Assembly: GCA_963775665.1 (NCBI GenBank)
Contig: CAVZJZ010000057.1
Coordinates: forward strand, 17,036 to 81,035
Length of the DNA stretch: 64,000 bases
Direction of reading: 5' to 3'
Source: an uncultured Alphaproteobacteria bacterium
GTDB lineage: Bacteria; Pseudomonadota; Alphaproteobacteria; Rhizobiales; Beijerinckiaceae
The stretch's first letter is position 1; each line of letters starts with the position of its first letter. The notes below the pieces were generated by a model. That model was not told the DNA's origin and made no database searches. It saw only the letters and a list, made by a program, of their open reading frames with translations. The position numbers were made by a program, and so were the translations under genes. Positions 46,431 through 57,374 of the stretch are shown here, piece by piece.

Positions 46431-47177
46431 ATGGCTTCGCCATCGCAGCGGCGCGGCGTCGTCACCGGCGCCGGAAGCGGCATCGGCAAGGCGGCAGTGC
46501 GCCGGCTGGCGCGCGAGGGCGTGCGCGTCCTCGCCGTCGACGTCAATCCCGCGGGCCTCGCCGAGTTGAAAGGCGAAGCGGTCGAGACTCTGATCGCCGA
46601 CATCACCGATCCAAACGATCGCGACGCGATTGGCGACTGGGCGGACGGCGCGCACTATCTCGTCAACTCGGCCGGCGTCGTGCTGATCAAGCCGATCTTC
46701 GAGATCACCGTCGAGGACTGGCGGCGCGTGCAGACTGTCAATGCCGAGGCGACGTTCTTCCTGTGCCAGAAGATTGGCCCGAAGCTCGCCGCTGGCGGCG
46801 CGATCGTCAATCTGTCGTCGAGTTCGGCGAAATACGCGACCACTGTCGAAGTCGCGGCCTACGCCGCTTCCAAGACGACGATCCTGTCGATCACGCGCTC
46901 CTTCGCCTACGCCCTGGCGGCGCGGCGGGTCCGCGTCAACGCCATCCTGCCCGGCATCGTCGACACCGCGATGCAGGAGGAGGTGCTGGCGAAGGTCGCG
47001 CCGATGCGAGGCCTGACGGCCGACGAATGGCGCGACGCGCGAAGCAAGGCGGTCCCGCTCGGGCGCGGCGCAAGCGCAGACGAATGCGCGGGGCTGATCT
47101 GGTTTCTGTTGTCCGACGAAGCGGCCTACATGACCGGACAGGCCATCAATTTCACCGGCGGTCTGGTGACCTGGTGA
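46431..47177 (+). CDS. SDR oxidoreductase
   Basis: TGAGSGIG, NSAG, YAASK. Confidence 0.92.
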   Translation: MASPSQRRGVVTGAGSGIGKAAVRRLAREGVRVLAVDVNPAGLAELKGEAVETLIADITDPNDRDAIGDWADGAHYLVNSAGVVLIKPIFEITVEDWRRVQTVNAEATFFLCQKIGPKLAAGGAIVNLSSSSAKYATTVEVAAYAASKTTILSITRSFAYALAARRVRVNAILPGIVDTAMQEEVLAKVAPMRGLTADEWRDARSKAVPLGRGASADECAGLIWFLLSDEAAYMTGQAINFTGGLVTW

Positions 47178-47194
47178 TGGGAAAGGAAGGCGAG

Positions 47195-48073
47195 ATGAAG
47201 AAGCCGATCTCGGTCTGCGCGACGGGCCTCGGACACCCGGAAGGTCCTTATGAGCTCGACGACGGGCGCCTGATCTACGCGAACACTTACGCCAGCGCGA
47301 TCGGCGTGTGGGATCCGAAGACCGGCAAGGCCGGAGTCTACGCCGACGTCGGCGGCGGTCCTAACGCCTGCATGCTCGGCTCGGATGGCTACGTCTATTC
47401 GACCCAGACGCCGACGGTGGGCACTTGGGTCGCGCCGGTCCACCGCCCGCCATCAATCCAGAAGACGAGCCCGGCCGGCAAGGTGGAGGTGCTGGTCACC
47501 GAAGCCGACGGCGTGAGGTTCGACGGCCCGAACGACCTCACCTTCGGCCCGGACGGACGGCTCTATTTCACCGATTCCGGCGACTGGGCGCCGGAGACGA
47601 AGCCGCATCCTGGACGCATCGTCGTCGTCGAGAAGAACGGCAGGGCGCGCATTCTCGAAGAACTCGATCACGTCTATCCGAACGGCATCGTCGCCGAGCC
47701 GGACGGTTCGCTCGTTTGGGTCGAGTCCTACACGCTCAACGTCGTTCGGCGAAAACCGGACGGATCGAAGCAAGTTATCCACAAGATGCCGGACGGACAT
47801 ATTCCCGACGGTCTGAAAATCGACTCGAACGGCAATTTCTGGATCACCGCGGTCGCCGCCGGCGGCGTCGACATCATCGACAGGACCGGCAAGCCGCTCG
47901 ATTTTCTCGAGACAGGCGGCACAATCCTCAATTGCGTATTCGGCACGGGCGGCGCACTCTATTGCTGCGACATGGGGCCGTTCGACGTCACCGGCGCGGC
48001 GATGACCGGCCGGCTGATCAAGGTCGACGTCGGCGTCGAGGGCATGACGCTGTTCCGCGGCGCGATCGGATAG
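47195..48073 (+). CDS. SMP-30/gluconolactonase family protein
   Basis: PEGP, GPND..DG.LYFTDS, PNGI, PDGLKID. Confidence 0.9.
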   Translation: MKKPISVCATGLGHPEGPYELDDGRLIYANTYASAIGVWDPKTGKAGVYADVGGGPNACMLGSDGYVYSTQTPTVGTWVAPVHRPPSIQKTSPAGKVEVLVTEADGVRFDGPNDLTFGPDGRLYFTDSGDWAPETKPHPGRIVVVEKNGRARILEELDHVYPNGIVAEPDGSLVWVESYTLNVVRRKPDGSKQVIHKMPDGHIPDGLKIDSNGNFWITAVAAGGVDIIDRTGKPLDFLETGGTILNCVFGTGGALYCCDMGPFDVTGAAMTGRLIKVDVGVEGMTLFRGAIG

Positions 48074-48084
48074 GAATTCTCGCC

Positions 48085-49227
48085 ATGAAAATCGCCAGGG
48101 TCGAGGCCATCCCGGTCAGCTATCCCGAGCCCAACGACTTCAACGCCCTTCGCCATCTCTGCCTCGCCAAGATCACGGCGGACGACGGACAGGTGGGCTG
48201 GGGCGAGTCGATCACGCAGTTTCCCGAGGCCAATTTCGCCGCCAAGGCGATCATCGAGGGCATGGCGCCGAACCTGATCGGCAAGGACCCGGTGCAGACC
48301 GAGACGCTGTGGCGGCAGAACAAGCAGCAGGCCTGGTGGTACGGCTATCACGGCGGCATCGCCTCCTACGCCGTCGCCGCCATCGACATCGCGCTCTGGG
48401 ACCTCAAGGGCAAGGCGCTGGGCAGAAGCGTCCTCGACCTGCTCGGCGGTCCGGTGCATGAGCGGCTGCCGGCGATCGCCTCGTGCCATGCGCACTACGA
48501 GTCGATCCCCGAGATGGCCGAGGAGACGGCGGAATGGGTCTCGACCGGGCTGCAAGGGCTCAAGACCGGCTTCGGCAAGCGCGGCAACGCCCGCCTCGGC
48601 TACGATCACGACCGCGACGTCGCCTACGTCAAGGCGATGCGCGAAGTGCTCGGCGACAAGATGCTGATGATCGACAACGGCATCGCGATCAAGTGGGACG
48701 TCACCGACGCCGTGCGGCGAGCCAAGGCGATGGAGGAGTACAATCTCTCGTGGATCGAGGAGCCGCTCGGCGCCTGGGATCCCGAGGGCTACGCCAACCT
48801 GCGCGCCAAGACGACGACGCGCATCGCCTACGGCGAGCGCGAGTGGACGCTCGAGCAGTTCGAGCGCGTGCTGGCGACCGGCACTGTCGATGTCGTCGGC
48901 GTCGATCCCGGCCGCGCCGAAGGCATCACGGGCTTCAAGAAGGTCGCCGAACGATGCGAGTTCTATCGCCGGCAGGCCAACGCTCATGCCTGGTCGTCGG
49001 CGATCGTCACCGCGGCGAGCCTGGCGATTTCGTTCAATTCGCCGGCCTGCAAGCTGTTCGAGCTCAAGCCGCTGCGCAATCCGATGCAGCACGATCTGGT
49101 GACCAAGCCGTTCGAGCATGTCGAGGGCTGGGTCTATCCGCCCGTCGGCCCCGGCCTCGGCATCGAAGTCATCGAGGACGTGGTGAACAGCTTTCGCAGC
49201 GAAAAAATTCTGTCGTCGCAAAAATGA
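48085..49227 (+). CDS. Mandelate racemase/enolase-superfamily dehydratase
   Basis: GWGE, AIDIALWDLKGK, MIDNG, WIEEP, YGE, PGLGIE. Confidence 0.92.
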   Translation: MKIARVEAIPVSYPEPNDFNALRHLCLAKITADDGQVGWGESITQFPEANFAAKAIIEGMAPNLIGKDPVQTETLWRQNKQQAWWYGYHGGIASYAVAAIDIALWDLKGKALGRSVLDLLGGPVHERLPAIASCHAHYESIPEMAEETAEWVSTGLQGLKTGFGKRGNARLGYDHDRDVAYVKAMREVLGDKMLMIDNGIAIKWDVTDAVRRAKAMEEYNLSWIEEPLGAWDPEGYANLRAKTTTRIAYGEREWTLEQFERVLATGTVDVVGVDPGRAEGITGFKKVAERCEFYRRQANAHAWSSAIVTAASLAISFNSPACKLFELKPLRNPMQHDLVTKPFEHVEGWVYPPVGPGLGIEVIEDVVNSFRSEKILSSQK

Positions 49228-49276
49228 ATGGGCGATAGGAAATCGGCAGTCGCCAAACCCAGGGAGGAATCAAGAC

Positions 49277-50386
49277 ATGAAATCGAGGCTGAAACTCTAT
49301 GTTGCGACCTTTGTCCTTGCCGGCGCAGCCGGCGCCGGGACCGCCATCGCGGCGGACAGCCAGTCGCAGATCCCCGCGAGCGGCGACAAAGTCGCCGGCG
49401 CGCCGTTCGAGGTCAAGCGCGACTGGGGCACGTTCAAGCTCGCTGACCGAATCGCCGCCAAGGTCAAAGCCGGCGACAAGATCAATTATGTCTTCTCCTA
49501 CCAGGCCTCCGGCATTCCCTTGTTCTCGCCGCAATACGCCGCCGGTTTCAACACCGGCTGCAAGCTCGGCAATGCGATCTCCCCGCTCGAATGCGCTTCA
49601 ATCGCCCCGGTGCAGACCGACGCCAATCAGCAGATCTCGCAGATCGAAGCCAAGCTCGCGGCCGGCGAGATCGACTGCATCTCGATCGAGCCGGTGACTT
49701 CCGACTCGACGACTGCGATGGTGAACAAGCTGATGGACCAGGGCATCCCGGTCTTCACCGTCGGCGTCACCTCTCGCGGGCATGAATTCACCAATTTCAC
49801 CCAGGTGCCTCAGCTCGAGGGCGAGACCGCCGGCAAGATCGTGCTCGACTGGATGAAGGCCAACAACAAGGACCTCAAAGTGTTCGCGGTGTCGGGCGGC
49901 GACCCGACGCAGTTCTGGGCGCAAGGCCGGATGAAAGGATTCCACGAGACGATCGCCAAGGCGATCCCCGACGCGAAGTTCGTCACCACCGAAGCCAATG
50001 GCCTCAACGTCAGCTACGATCCCGGCCAGACCTACGACGCCTACAGGACGTTCCTGTCGGCAAATCCGGACGTGCAGTTCATCGAGAACGTCGACATCGG
50101 CGCCGAGCATGCCGATCGGGCGATCACGAGCCTCAACAAGGCCGGCCAAGTCTTCACCATCGGCTGGAATGTCTCCAAAGGCCAGCTCGACGGGATCGAG
50201 AAGGGCATCCAGGTGGCGGCTCTCGATCAGCGGTGGTCCGACCAGGCGGCGTTCGGCGGCCCGGCCTGCGCGCAGTTCCTGAAGAACGGCGTCATCCTGC
50301 CAAACACGCAGACGCTGTTGCCGGTGATGAAGGATCAGGTGGCGGCGGCGCGCGTCGAACTCGATCGCATCCTCGGGCAGAAATAG
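49277..50386 (+). CDS. Sugar ABC substrate-binding protein
   Basis: Signal peptide; GIPVFT, WAQGRMKGF, DQRW; upstream of permease and ATPase. Confidence 0.85.
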   Translation: MKSRLKLYVATFVLAGAAGAGTAIAADSQSQIPASGDKVAGAPFEVKRDWGTFKLADRIAAKVKAGDKINYVFSYQASGIPLFSPQYAAGFNTGCKLGNAISPLECASIAPVQTDANQQISQIEAKLAAGEIDCISIEPVTSDSTTAMVNKLMDQGIPVFTVGVTSRGHEFTNFTQVPQLEGETAGKIVLDWMKANNKDLKVFAVSGGDPTQFWAQGRMKGFHETIAKAIPDAKFVTTEANGLNVSYDPGQTYDAYRTFLSANPDVQFIENVDIGAEHADRAITSLNKAGQVFTIGWNVSKGQLDGIEKGIQVAALDQRWSDQAAFGGPACAQFLKNGVILPNTQTLLPVMKDQVAAARVELDRILGQK

Positions 50387-50452
50387 TTTGCTAGCGTTCG
50401 GGGCCAGGCCTATCCTGGCCCCTCCTCCTCGAAAGCTTGGCCGCGTCGCTCA

Positions 50453-51516
50453 ATGTCCAGCGCCGACTCCCGCGACCCTGTCCCGGTCGGAACGTCCCGC
50501 TCAAGCCTGTCCTCGACCGGTGCAGGCGACGTTCGACCTTGCTTTGCGCATGGGAGGCCTGTTCCTCGCCATCGTCCTCGTCGCGCTTCTGATGTTCGTG
50601 CTCAAGCCGAAGTCGTTCAACATCGACGTCGGCATTTCGGTGCTCCGCGCCATGAGCTCGGTGGCGATCATGTCGCTCGGACTGACCCTGGTGATCGTGG
50701 TCGGCGAGATCGATCTCTCCTTCGGCGCCATGTACGGCCTCGGCGCCAATTCGCTCGCTGTCATGTGGATCTTGCTCGGAATTCCGATTTACGCCGCGCT
50801 GCCGCTGGCGGTCGGCGTCGGGGCCTTGGTCGGCCTGTTCAACGGCGCTCTGGTCACATGGCTGCGCATCCCCTCCTTCATCGTCACGCTCGGCACCTAC
50901 AACCTGCTCTATGGCGTTTCGCTATGGATCACCAAGACGTCGACGTTCAACCCGGTCTATCCCCCGCCCGGATCCGAGATCCCGCCGGCACAGCTTGATT
51001 TCTTCACCGGCCTGACGGCGAGCTTCGGCGCGCATCCAATCTCGTTCGAAGTCATCTGGATGCTTGGGCTCGCCGTGGTCGTCGGGTTCCTGCTGCATCG
51101 CACGCTCTTCGGCTTTCGCCTGATGGCGATCGGCGGCAACCCGGTGGCGGCGCAGCTCGCCCGGCTGCCGGTCACGCGCTACAAGATCCTGGCCTTCGTG
51201 ATCTGCAGCATGCTCGCCGCCATCGCCGGAATCCTCGATTTCTCCTTCATCCAGACCAGCCCAGCCGAATATCGGCCTTTCCTACACGTTCCCGGTTTTC
51301 GCGGCCGTGATCATCGGCGGCGCCAGTCTCTCGGGCGGCAAGGGGACGGTGATCGGGGCAATGAGCGGAGCGTTGCTGCTCGCCGAGTTGCAGCAGGGCC
51401 TCGCCCTGCTTTCGCCCGGGCCGCACGTGCAGCAGCTCTTCCTCGGCTTTGTCACGATCGGCGCCGTCGCGCTCGACCTCGCGCTCACCAACATCCGCAG
51501 GCGCAGGGCGGCATGA
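50453..51516 (+). CDS. Sugar ABC permease (frameshifted)
   Basis: GEIDLSFG, IPSFIVTLG, AIGGN, AAVIIGGASLSGG.G. Confidence 0.9.
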
Positions 51517-53023
51517 ACGGCGGCTTCGACGGCATCCGTCTCCGCGGCCTGCAGAAACGATACGGCGCCACAGTTGCGCTCGCCGGTCTCGACCTCGATA
51601 TCCGGCCCGGGGAGGTTCTCGGCATCGCCGGACCGAACGGCGCCGGAAAAAGCACGCTCGTCCGGATCCTCGCCGGAGAGGAACGCCCCGATAGCGGCGA
51701 ACTGGTCTTCAACGGCAGCCCCTGGACGCCGAGCCTCGATTGGCGCCGGGTCGCCGTCGTTCACCAGGAGCCGCAGCTCTTTCCAAACCTCACGGTCGCC
51801 GAGAACGTGCTGGTCGGGCGCGAAGGGACGGGCAGCGGCTGGCCAAAGCTTGGCCCCGCCGACGCCAGGGTGATGAAGGCCTTCGGCATCGACCGTTTCG
51901 CCGACACTCCGCTTGCAGACTGCACCCTGGCGACCCAGCAACGGGCCGAGATTGCCCGCGCGGTCGCGCGCGACGCCCAGGTCTTCCTGTTCGACGAGCC
52001 GAACTCGGCGCTGACGGACGAGGAATCCGACGAGCTCTTTCGAGAGCTGCACAAGCTTGCCGCAGAAGGCAGGATCGTCCTTCTGGTCACCCATCGCCTC
52101 GGCGATCTGTTCGAGCACGCGAGCCGCGTCGCGGTGATCCGCGACGGTCGCGTCCGCGCGATCCTCGAAGGCGATGCGCTGACTGAGGACGGGATTGCCC
52201 AGCAGCTTGTCGTCAGCCGCGGCGCTGAGGCAAGCGCCAAGACAGCCGGCGCGATCGATCATGGCGGACGAGCTCTCGTGGCGGTCCACGACTGGTCCCA
52301 CGGCGCGGCCTTTCACAACATCAGCCTGGATTCCAAGTCCGGAGAAATCGTCGCCCTGGTAGGGGTCGAGGGCTCCGGCGCACGCGAACTGCTGCGTTCC
52401 TTTCGCCGGGCTCGAGACGTGTTCGGGAGACATCGACATTGCCGGCGAGACAGGGGAGAGGGCGCAGCGCCTCAGCGCCTATGTGCCCGCGACCCGAATG
52501 CTGAGCCTCTACAGCGAATTTCTCCGTCGGCGAGAACCTGCTTGTCCGTCTCGGCAGCCCGGATATTGCGGGTCTTGGCATGGCGCTGAGGAAGAAGCGG
52601 ATGCGCCAGCTCGCCAACGACGCGGTCCGGCGTTTCTCGATACGGGCGCACTCTGTCGCCCAGGGCATCCGCTCTTTGTCCGGCGGCAATCAACAGAAAG
52701 TCGCGATCGCGCAGGCGCTCAATTGCGCGCCGCGTCTGCTGTTGCTCGAGGAGCCGACGCGGGGGGTCGATATTCACAGCAAGCGCGAGATCTATCGGCT
52801 GCTGCGGGACTACGTCGACGCCGGTAATTCGGTGATCATGTTCTGCACCGAAGTGCTGGAAGTCTACGAGGCTGCCGACCGCGCGCATGTCGTCGTCGAC
52901 GGCGGGTTGTCGCGGGCGATCGTGGTCGACGACTACCCTCACGTCGAGGCTCTCGCCACGGACGTCGCGCGAATGGAGCGTCACGCCCGCGATGACGGCG
53001 CCGGTGCAAGACTGCAATCGTAG
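51513..53023 (+). CDS. Sugar ABC ATP-binding protein (frameshifted)
   Basis: [30 protein letters not shown]. Confidence 0.92.
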
Positions 53024-53117
53024 ACGAACTGGGCGGGCTCGGTTCGGCTGCGGGATGCCGGTCGCCACTCCCGCCAAGCCAGCCGCATGAGACGCGGAGT
53101 TTGCATCCTGCGCACGA

Positions 53118-53538
53118 TTTTGCTTACGCAACACATGAGGATTATTTCGTAATCTGTTGTAAAATCAGGAATTTCATCCCGCAGTGGCGGCCAAAGTGGC
53201 GCCATTCCGCCGGATTCGGACGGATTCAGGCGGCTGAGTATAGAAATTCTATCCTTCCGCGCCCTCAAGCAGGCCGCGAAAGCCAGTCTCCGGCTTCGGT
53301 TTTCCTCGATTGTCGTCGACCTGTTATCGGCCGGAACAGGGAGATCTGCTCCCTGTTATCTCGTTCAACCATTGCATGAACAATTCATCGCAAACGACTG
53401 ATATTCAGTGCTTTCATGCATCAATCCGGGTGCGGCCATGCCCGCGCTCCCTGTTAGCAGGGATAACAGGGAGAATTCCGGTTTTGGCGAAGCTGCAGGC
53501 GGCGCCCGGCGCGAAGCCGATCGGATAGATTCTAACCC
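53118..53538. repeat. Dispersed non-coding element, copy B (inverted relative to A)
   Basis: GAGTATAGAAATTCTATCC 53236-53254 is the exact reverse complement of 24677-24695; colinear motif order throughout. Confidence 0.9.
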
Positions 53539-53566
53539 TCGCGATGATATTCCGGCGAACGCGATT

Positions 53567-54907
53567 GAGTGCGTCAAGTTCTGCAAAAGGCGGTCTGGGT
53601 TGGCTGGGTTAGGCGGCTTTGCGAAGGTAGGTTTTCTTGTGCTCCCTGAGGTCGTTCATGTTGAGGTAACGGTGGGCTTCGAGCCAGTTCTCGTGGGTTT
53701 CGACGGCTAAGGCGCGAACGCAGACGCAGGCATGCCGAGGCATTGGGGAAGATGCGCACGACGTGGGTTCGTCGCTTGATCTCCTCGTTGAGCCGTTCGA
53801 GCATGTTGGTGCTCTTGAGATGCTTATGATGCTGGCGCGGCAGACGATAGAAGGTGAAGGTGTCCTCGATCGTTTCCTCGACCCAATCGACAAGCTTCCG
53901 GTAGCGGTCGCCCCATTTGGCGATCCAGGCGGCGAGGTCGCGGCGGGCCTCTTCGACGTTTCGCCGGTCGTACAGCCAGCGCAACTCCTGCAGGCAGTCG
54001 TCGTCGGCCTTGCGCGGGAGATGGTCGAGGGCGTTGCGGAGGAAGTGCACGTAGCATCGCTGGAGCGGCTGCCTCCGGCAGAACCTCGCGGATGGCCGCG
54101 CGCAGGCCGGCGTGGTCGTCGGCGACGACGAACTCGACGCCGTCGAGGCCGCGCCGGCGCAGTCCGAGCAGGAAGTCTTTCCAGGAGGAGCTGCTTTCGC
54201 GGTTGGCCATGTCGACAGCCAGGATCTGGCGACGGCCGTCCCAGTCGATCCCGACCGCGATCAGCACGGCCTGGCTCGCGACCACGCCGCCCTCGCGCAC
54301 CTTTTCATAACGAGCGTCGAGGATGAGGTAAGGGAAAGGCTCGGCGAGGGGGCGTCGTGGCGAAGGCGTCGAGGCTTTCGTCCAGGCGCTTGTTGATGGC
54401 GGAGACGGCGGAGGCCGAGAACGGCATGGCCGCAGAACTCCTCGGTGATCGCCTTGACCTTGCGGGTCGAAACGCCCTGCACGTACATCTCGGCCAGCGT
54501 CGCCACCAACGCCTGCTCGGAGCGTTGATAGCGCTCGAAAAGCTCGGTCGAGAACCGGCCGTCGCGATCCTGCGGCACGCGCAACTCGAGCTTGCCGACC
54601 CGGGTGACGAGCGTGCGGGTGTAGTAGCCGGAGCGGTAGCCGAGCCGGGCGGCCGGTGCGCGCGCTCTTCTCGGCGCCGAGCGCGTCGGTCATCTCGGCT
54701 TCCAGCATCTCCTGCACCACAGCGCGGACGATCTCGCGCAGCCCGTCAGGGCTCGTCGAGAAAAGCTCGTTGACGGCGACGATCGCTGGCCTAGCTTCAC
54801 TCTTGGTCATGGCGGGATTCCTCCACGGGAATTGGTGACTTCGACAATCACCAGCCTGCCATGACCGCCTCTCGCCTTCAAGCGATTTTGCAGAACTTTC
54901 AGCACGC
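53567..54907 (-). mobile_element. IS256-family insertion sequence (~1.34 kb)
   Basis: Imperfect terminal inverted repeats GAGTGCGTCAAGTTCTGCAAAA / TTTTGCAGAACTTTCAGCACGC; no flanking direct repeat. Confidence 0.9.
53609..54810 (-). CDS. IS256-family (Mutator-like) transposase (frameshifted)
   Basis: VPQDRDG.FSTELFERYQRSE, MYVQGVSTRKV, YLILDA.YEKVR, HFLRN, STNMLERLNEEIKRRT.VVRIFPN. Confidence 0.95.
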
Positions 54908-55089
54908 TACTACAAGAGATTGATATTCATCGCTTTCATGCCTCAAGCCAGAGTGCGGCGAGGCCCGCGTTCCCCTGTTAGCAGGGCATAACAGGGAGAA
55001 TTCCGGTTTTGGCGAAGTTGCAGGCGGCGCCCGGCGCGAGGGCAGGAGTATAGATTTTCTATCCCGTCGAGCGCGTCTTCGACGCCCTG
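54908..55089. repeat. Dispersed non-coding element, copy C (half copy abutting the IS end)
   Basis: Reverse complement aligns closely with 24367-24545. Confidence 0.9.
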
Positions 55090-55131
55090 TCACGCCTCCA
55101 CGGATGATTCCGTCGAAACGCGTAACTACGG

Positions 55132-56337
55132 TCAGGTGGGAAACCAGGGGCCGCGCGCCATCCGCTCGGCCAGCATTTCGATGAACTGGGCGCCGAGGAT
55201 TCCGTCGATCAGACGGTGATCCAGGGAGAGCGTGAGGTTGACGCCCTTGGCGACCGCAATCCCTCCGGCCCGCGCGATGACCCGCTCGTGCTGGCGTCCG
55301 ACAGCGAGAATGCCCGACTGGCCGGGATAGATGATCGCCTCAAAGCGGTCGGCGCCGCCTCCGCCGATGTTGGAAAGCGAGAAAGAAACCGGCGCCATGT
55401 CGGCCTGAAGCAGCCGGCCGTTTCGGGCGCGCCGGACCGCGTCCTGCCGCGCCTGCACGACTTCATCAATCGATTTGCCCCCAAGATCGCGCAACACCGG
55501 GATCATCACCCCATCCGAAACGGCGACGACGAGGCCGATGTCGACGCTCGATGCGCGCATCCTGCCGACGCGGCCATTGTCTTCATGCCAACGATCGAGG
55601 ATGCGGGGATGCGCGGACAACGATTCTGCCAACGCGAGCAGGAGAAAATCCGTGAGGGTCGGCTTGGCGCCGGTCGCCTGCTCGATCCGACGGGCGAGAG
55701 CGTCGCGCGCCTGATCAATTGCCGCGGTCTCGACCCAGCGGTCGATGACGAAGGACGGGATCGTCCTGCGGCTGAGCGTGACCGCTTCGGCGATCTGGCG
55801 CCGCACGGAGGACAAAGGCTCGAATTCGACGGACGTCGGCGCGGCGCGTTTCTCCTTCGCATCCCGCGCCTCGACGGCGGCGATGACATCGCGCCCGCGA
55901 ACGCGCCTGAACGGGGTTGCGGCGGCGAGACGCGCCAAGTCAGCGCCATTCACTTTGGCCAGTCGCCTTGCGAATGGAGACGCGAGGATCCGCCCCGCCG
56001 GAGCCTCACCAGCAGATTGAGACGTCGGGAAGCCAGGCTCCGCTTCGTGCGCGGCCGTTGCGCTCGTCATCGTCGAATTCGGCTCGTTTGCGGATATCGC
56101 CTCGCCCAGGGTTCGCAGCCGAGCGAGCACGGCGCCGACTGACAGTTCCTCGCCCTCTCCGCCCACCACGGCGTCGAGCATCGCGTCTACCGGAGACTCC
56201 ACCTCCATCGTAGCCTTGTCGGTTTCCAGCTCGACGAGCGGCTCGCCCATCTCGACCTTGTCTCCAGCTCGCTTTAACCAGCGCAGAACCTTGACGGTTT
56301 CCATGGTGGCGCTGAGCTTGGGCACGAGAAAGTCCAT
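55132..56337 (-). CDS. 2-oxoacid dehydrogenase E2 (dihydrolipoamide acyltransferase)
   Basis: Lipoyl ETDKATME, binding domain ASPFARRLA, catalytic DHRLIDG. Confidence 0.93.
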   Translation of the reverse strand: MDFLVPKLSATMETVKVLRWLKRAGDKVEMGEPLVELETDKATMEVESPVDAMLDAVVGGEGEELSVGAVLARLRTLGEAISANEPNSTMTSATAAHEAEPGFPTSQSAGEAPAGRILASPFARRLAKVNGADLARLAAATPFRRVRGRDVIAAVEARDAKEKRAAPTSVEFEPLSSVRRQIAEAVTLSRRTIPSFVIDRWVETAAIDQARDALARRIEQATGAKPTLTDFLLLALAESLSAHPRILDRWHEDNGRVGRMRASSVDIGLVVAVSDGVMIPVLRDLGGKSIDEVVQARQDAVRRARNGRLLQADMAPVSFSLSNIGGGGADRFEAIIYPGQSGILAVGRQHERVIARAGGIAVAKGVNLTLSLDHRLIDGILGAQFIEMLAERMARGPWFPT

Positions 56338-56345
56338 CCGGCCTC

Positions 56346-57374
56346 TCAGAGCAACGACTTCACCGTCGCCGCGATCGTCTCGGGCGACGGGATAAGAGCA
56401 TCCTCGAGGTGGGGGCTGTATGGCAGCGGATGGTCAGGCAGCGTGATGCGCGCAGGCGGAGCGTCGAGGTAGTCGAAGGCCTGACTGACGACATCCGCGA
56501 CGACATCCGAGCTCCAGCCGCCCGTCGGCGCCTGCTCCTCGACGGTGACAAGGATGTTGGTGCGTCGCACGCTGTCGGCGATTGGCGTGACGTTCAGCGG
56601 CCGCAGCACCTGGATGTCGATCACTTCCGCATCGATGCCCTCCGCCTCCAGCCTATCGGCGGCGGCGAGCGCTTTGCCGACCATTGCGAGGCTGGCGACG
56701 ATCGTGGCGCGCCGGCCGGGCCGCACGATTTTCGGACCGCTCGGCATCGACGCCTCTTGAGAGCCGATCGGCACAGGACCCTTCATCGACAGGAGCGCCT
56801 TGTGCTCGAGGACGAGCACCGGGTTGTCGTCGCGAATCGCGGCCTTGAGCATCAGATACGCCTGCCCCGGATTTGACGGGCAGATGATTTTGAGCCCCGG
56901 GACTGACAGGAGCCATGACTCCGCCGTCTGGGAATGCTGCGCGCCAAAGCGAAGACCGGCCCCGCCAAGGGCGCGAATGACGAGCGGCGTCTTGACGCGG
57001 CCTCCCGACATGAATCGGTGCTTGGCGATGCTGTTGGCGATCTGATCGAAGCACACCCCGAGAAAGTCAGCGAACATGATCTCTACGATCGGCCTGTAGC
57101 CGGTCAGCGCGAGACCAAGCGCGGCGCCGACAAACCCGGTTTCCGAAATCGGCGTATCGCGGACGCGAGCTGCGCCGAACTCCTCGTAGAGACCCTGGCA
57201 CGTCTTGAACGGGCCGCCGGACTCGCCAATATCCTCGCCCATGATCAATGTTTTCGGATCGCGCCGCATCTCCTCGCGCAGCGCCGCCGCGATCGCCTCG
57301 CGGTAGCTGATCTCCTGCATCTGCGCTTCAATCGGCTGAAGCCCCGCCGGATTGATTTTCTCGCTCGCCGTCAT
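56346..57374 (-). CDS. 2-oxoacid/acetoin dehydrogenase E1 beta
   Basis: MGEDI, RVRDTPISE, EIMFADF, AQHSQ. Confidence 0.93.
   Translation of the reverse strand: MTASEKINPAGLQPIEAQMQEISYREAIAAALREEMRRDPKTLIMGEDIGESGGPFKTCQGLYEEFGAARVRDTPISETGFVGAALGLALTGYRPIVEIMFADFLGVCFDQIANSIAKHRFMSGGRVKTPLVIRALGGAGLRFGAQHSQTAESWLLSVPGLKIICPSNPGQAYLMLKAAIRDDNPVLVLEHKALLSMKGPVPIGSQEASMPSGPKIVRPGRRATIVASLAMVGKALAAADRLEAEGIDAEVIDIQVLRPLNVTPIADSVRRTNILVTVEEQAPTGGWSSDVVADVVSQAFDYLDAPPARITLPDHPLPYSPHLEDALIPSPETIAATVKSLL

Noticed and set aside
53457-53478. AGGGATAACAGGG resembles the I-SceI site (TAGGGATAACAGGGTAAT)
   Set aside because: Incomplete match that arises from the element's own TAACAGGG motif; copies A and C differ at this position
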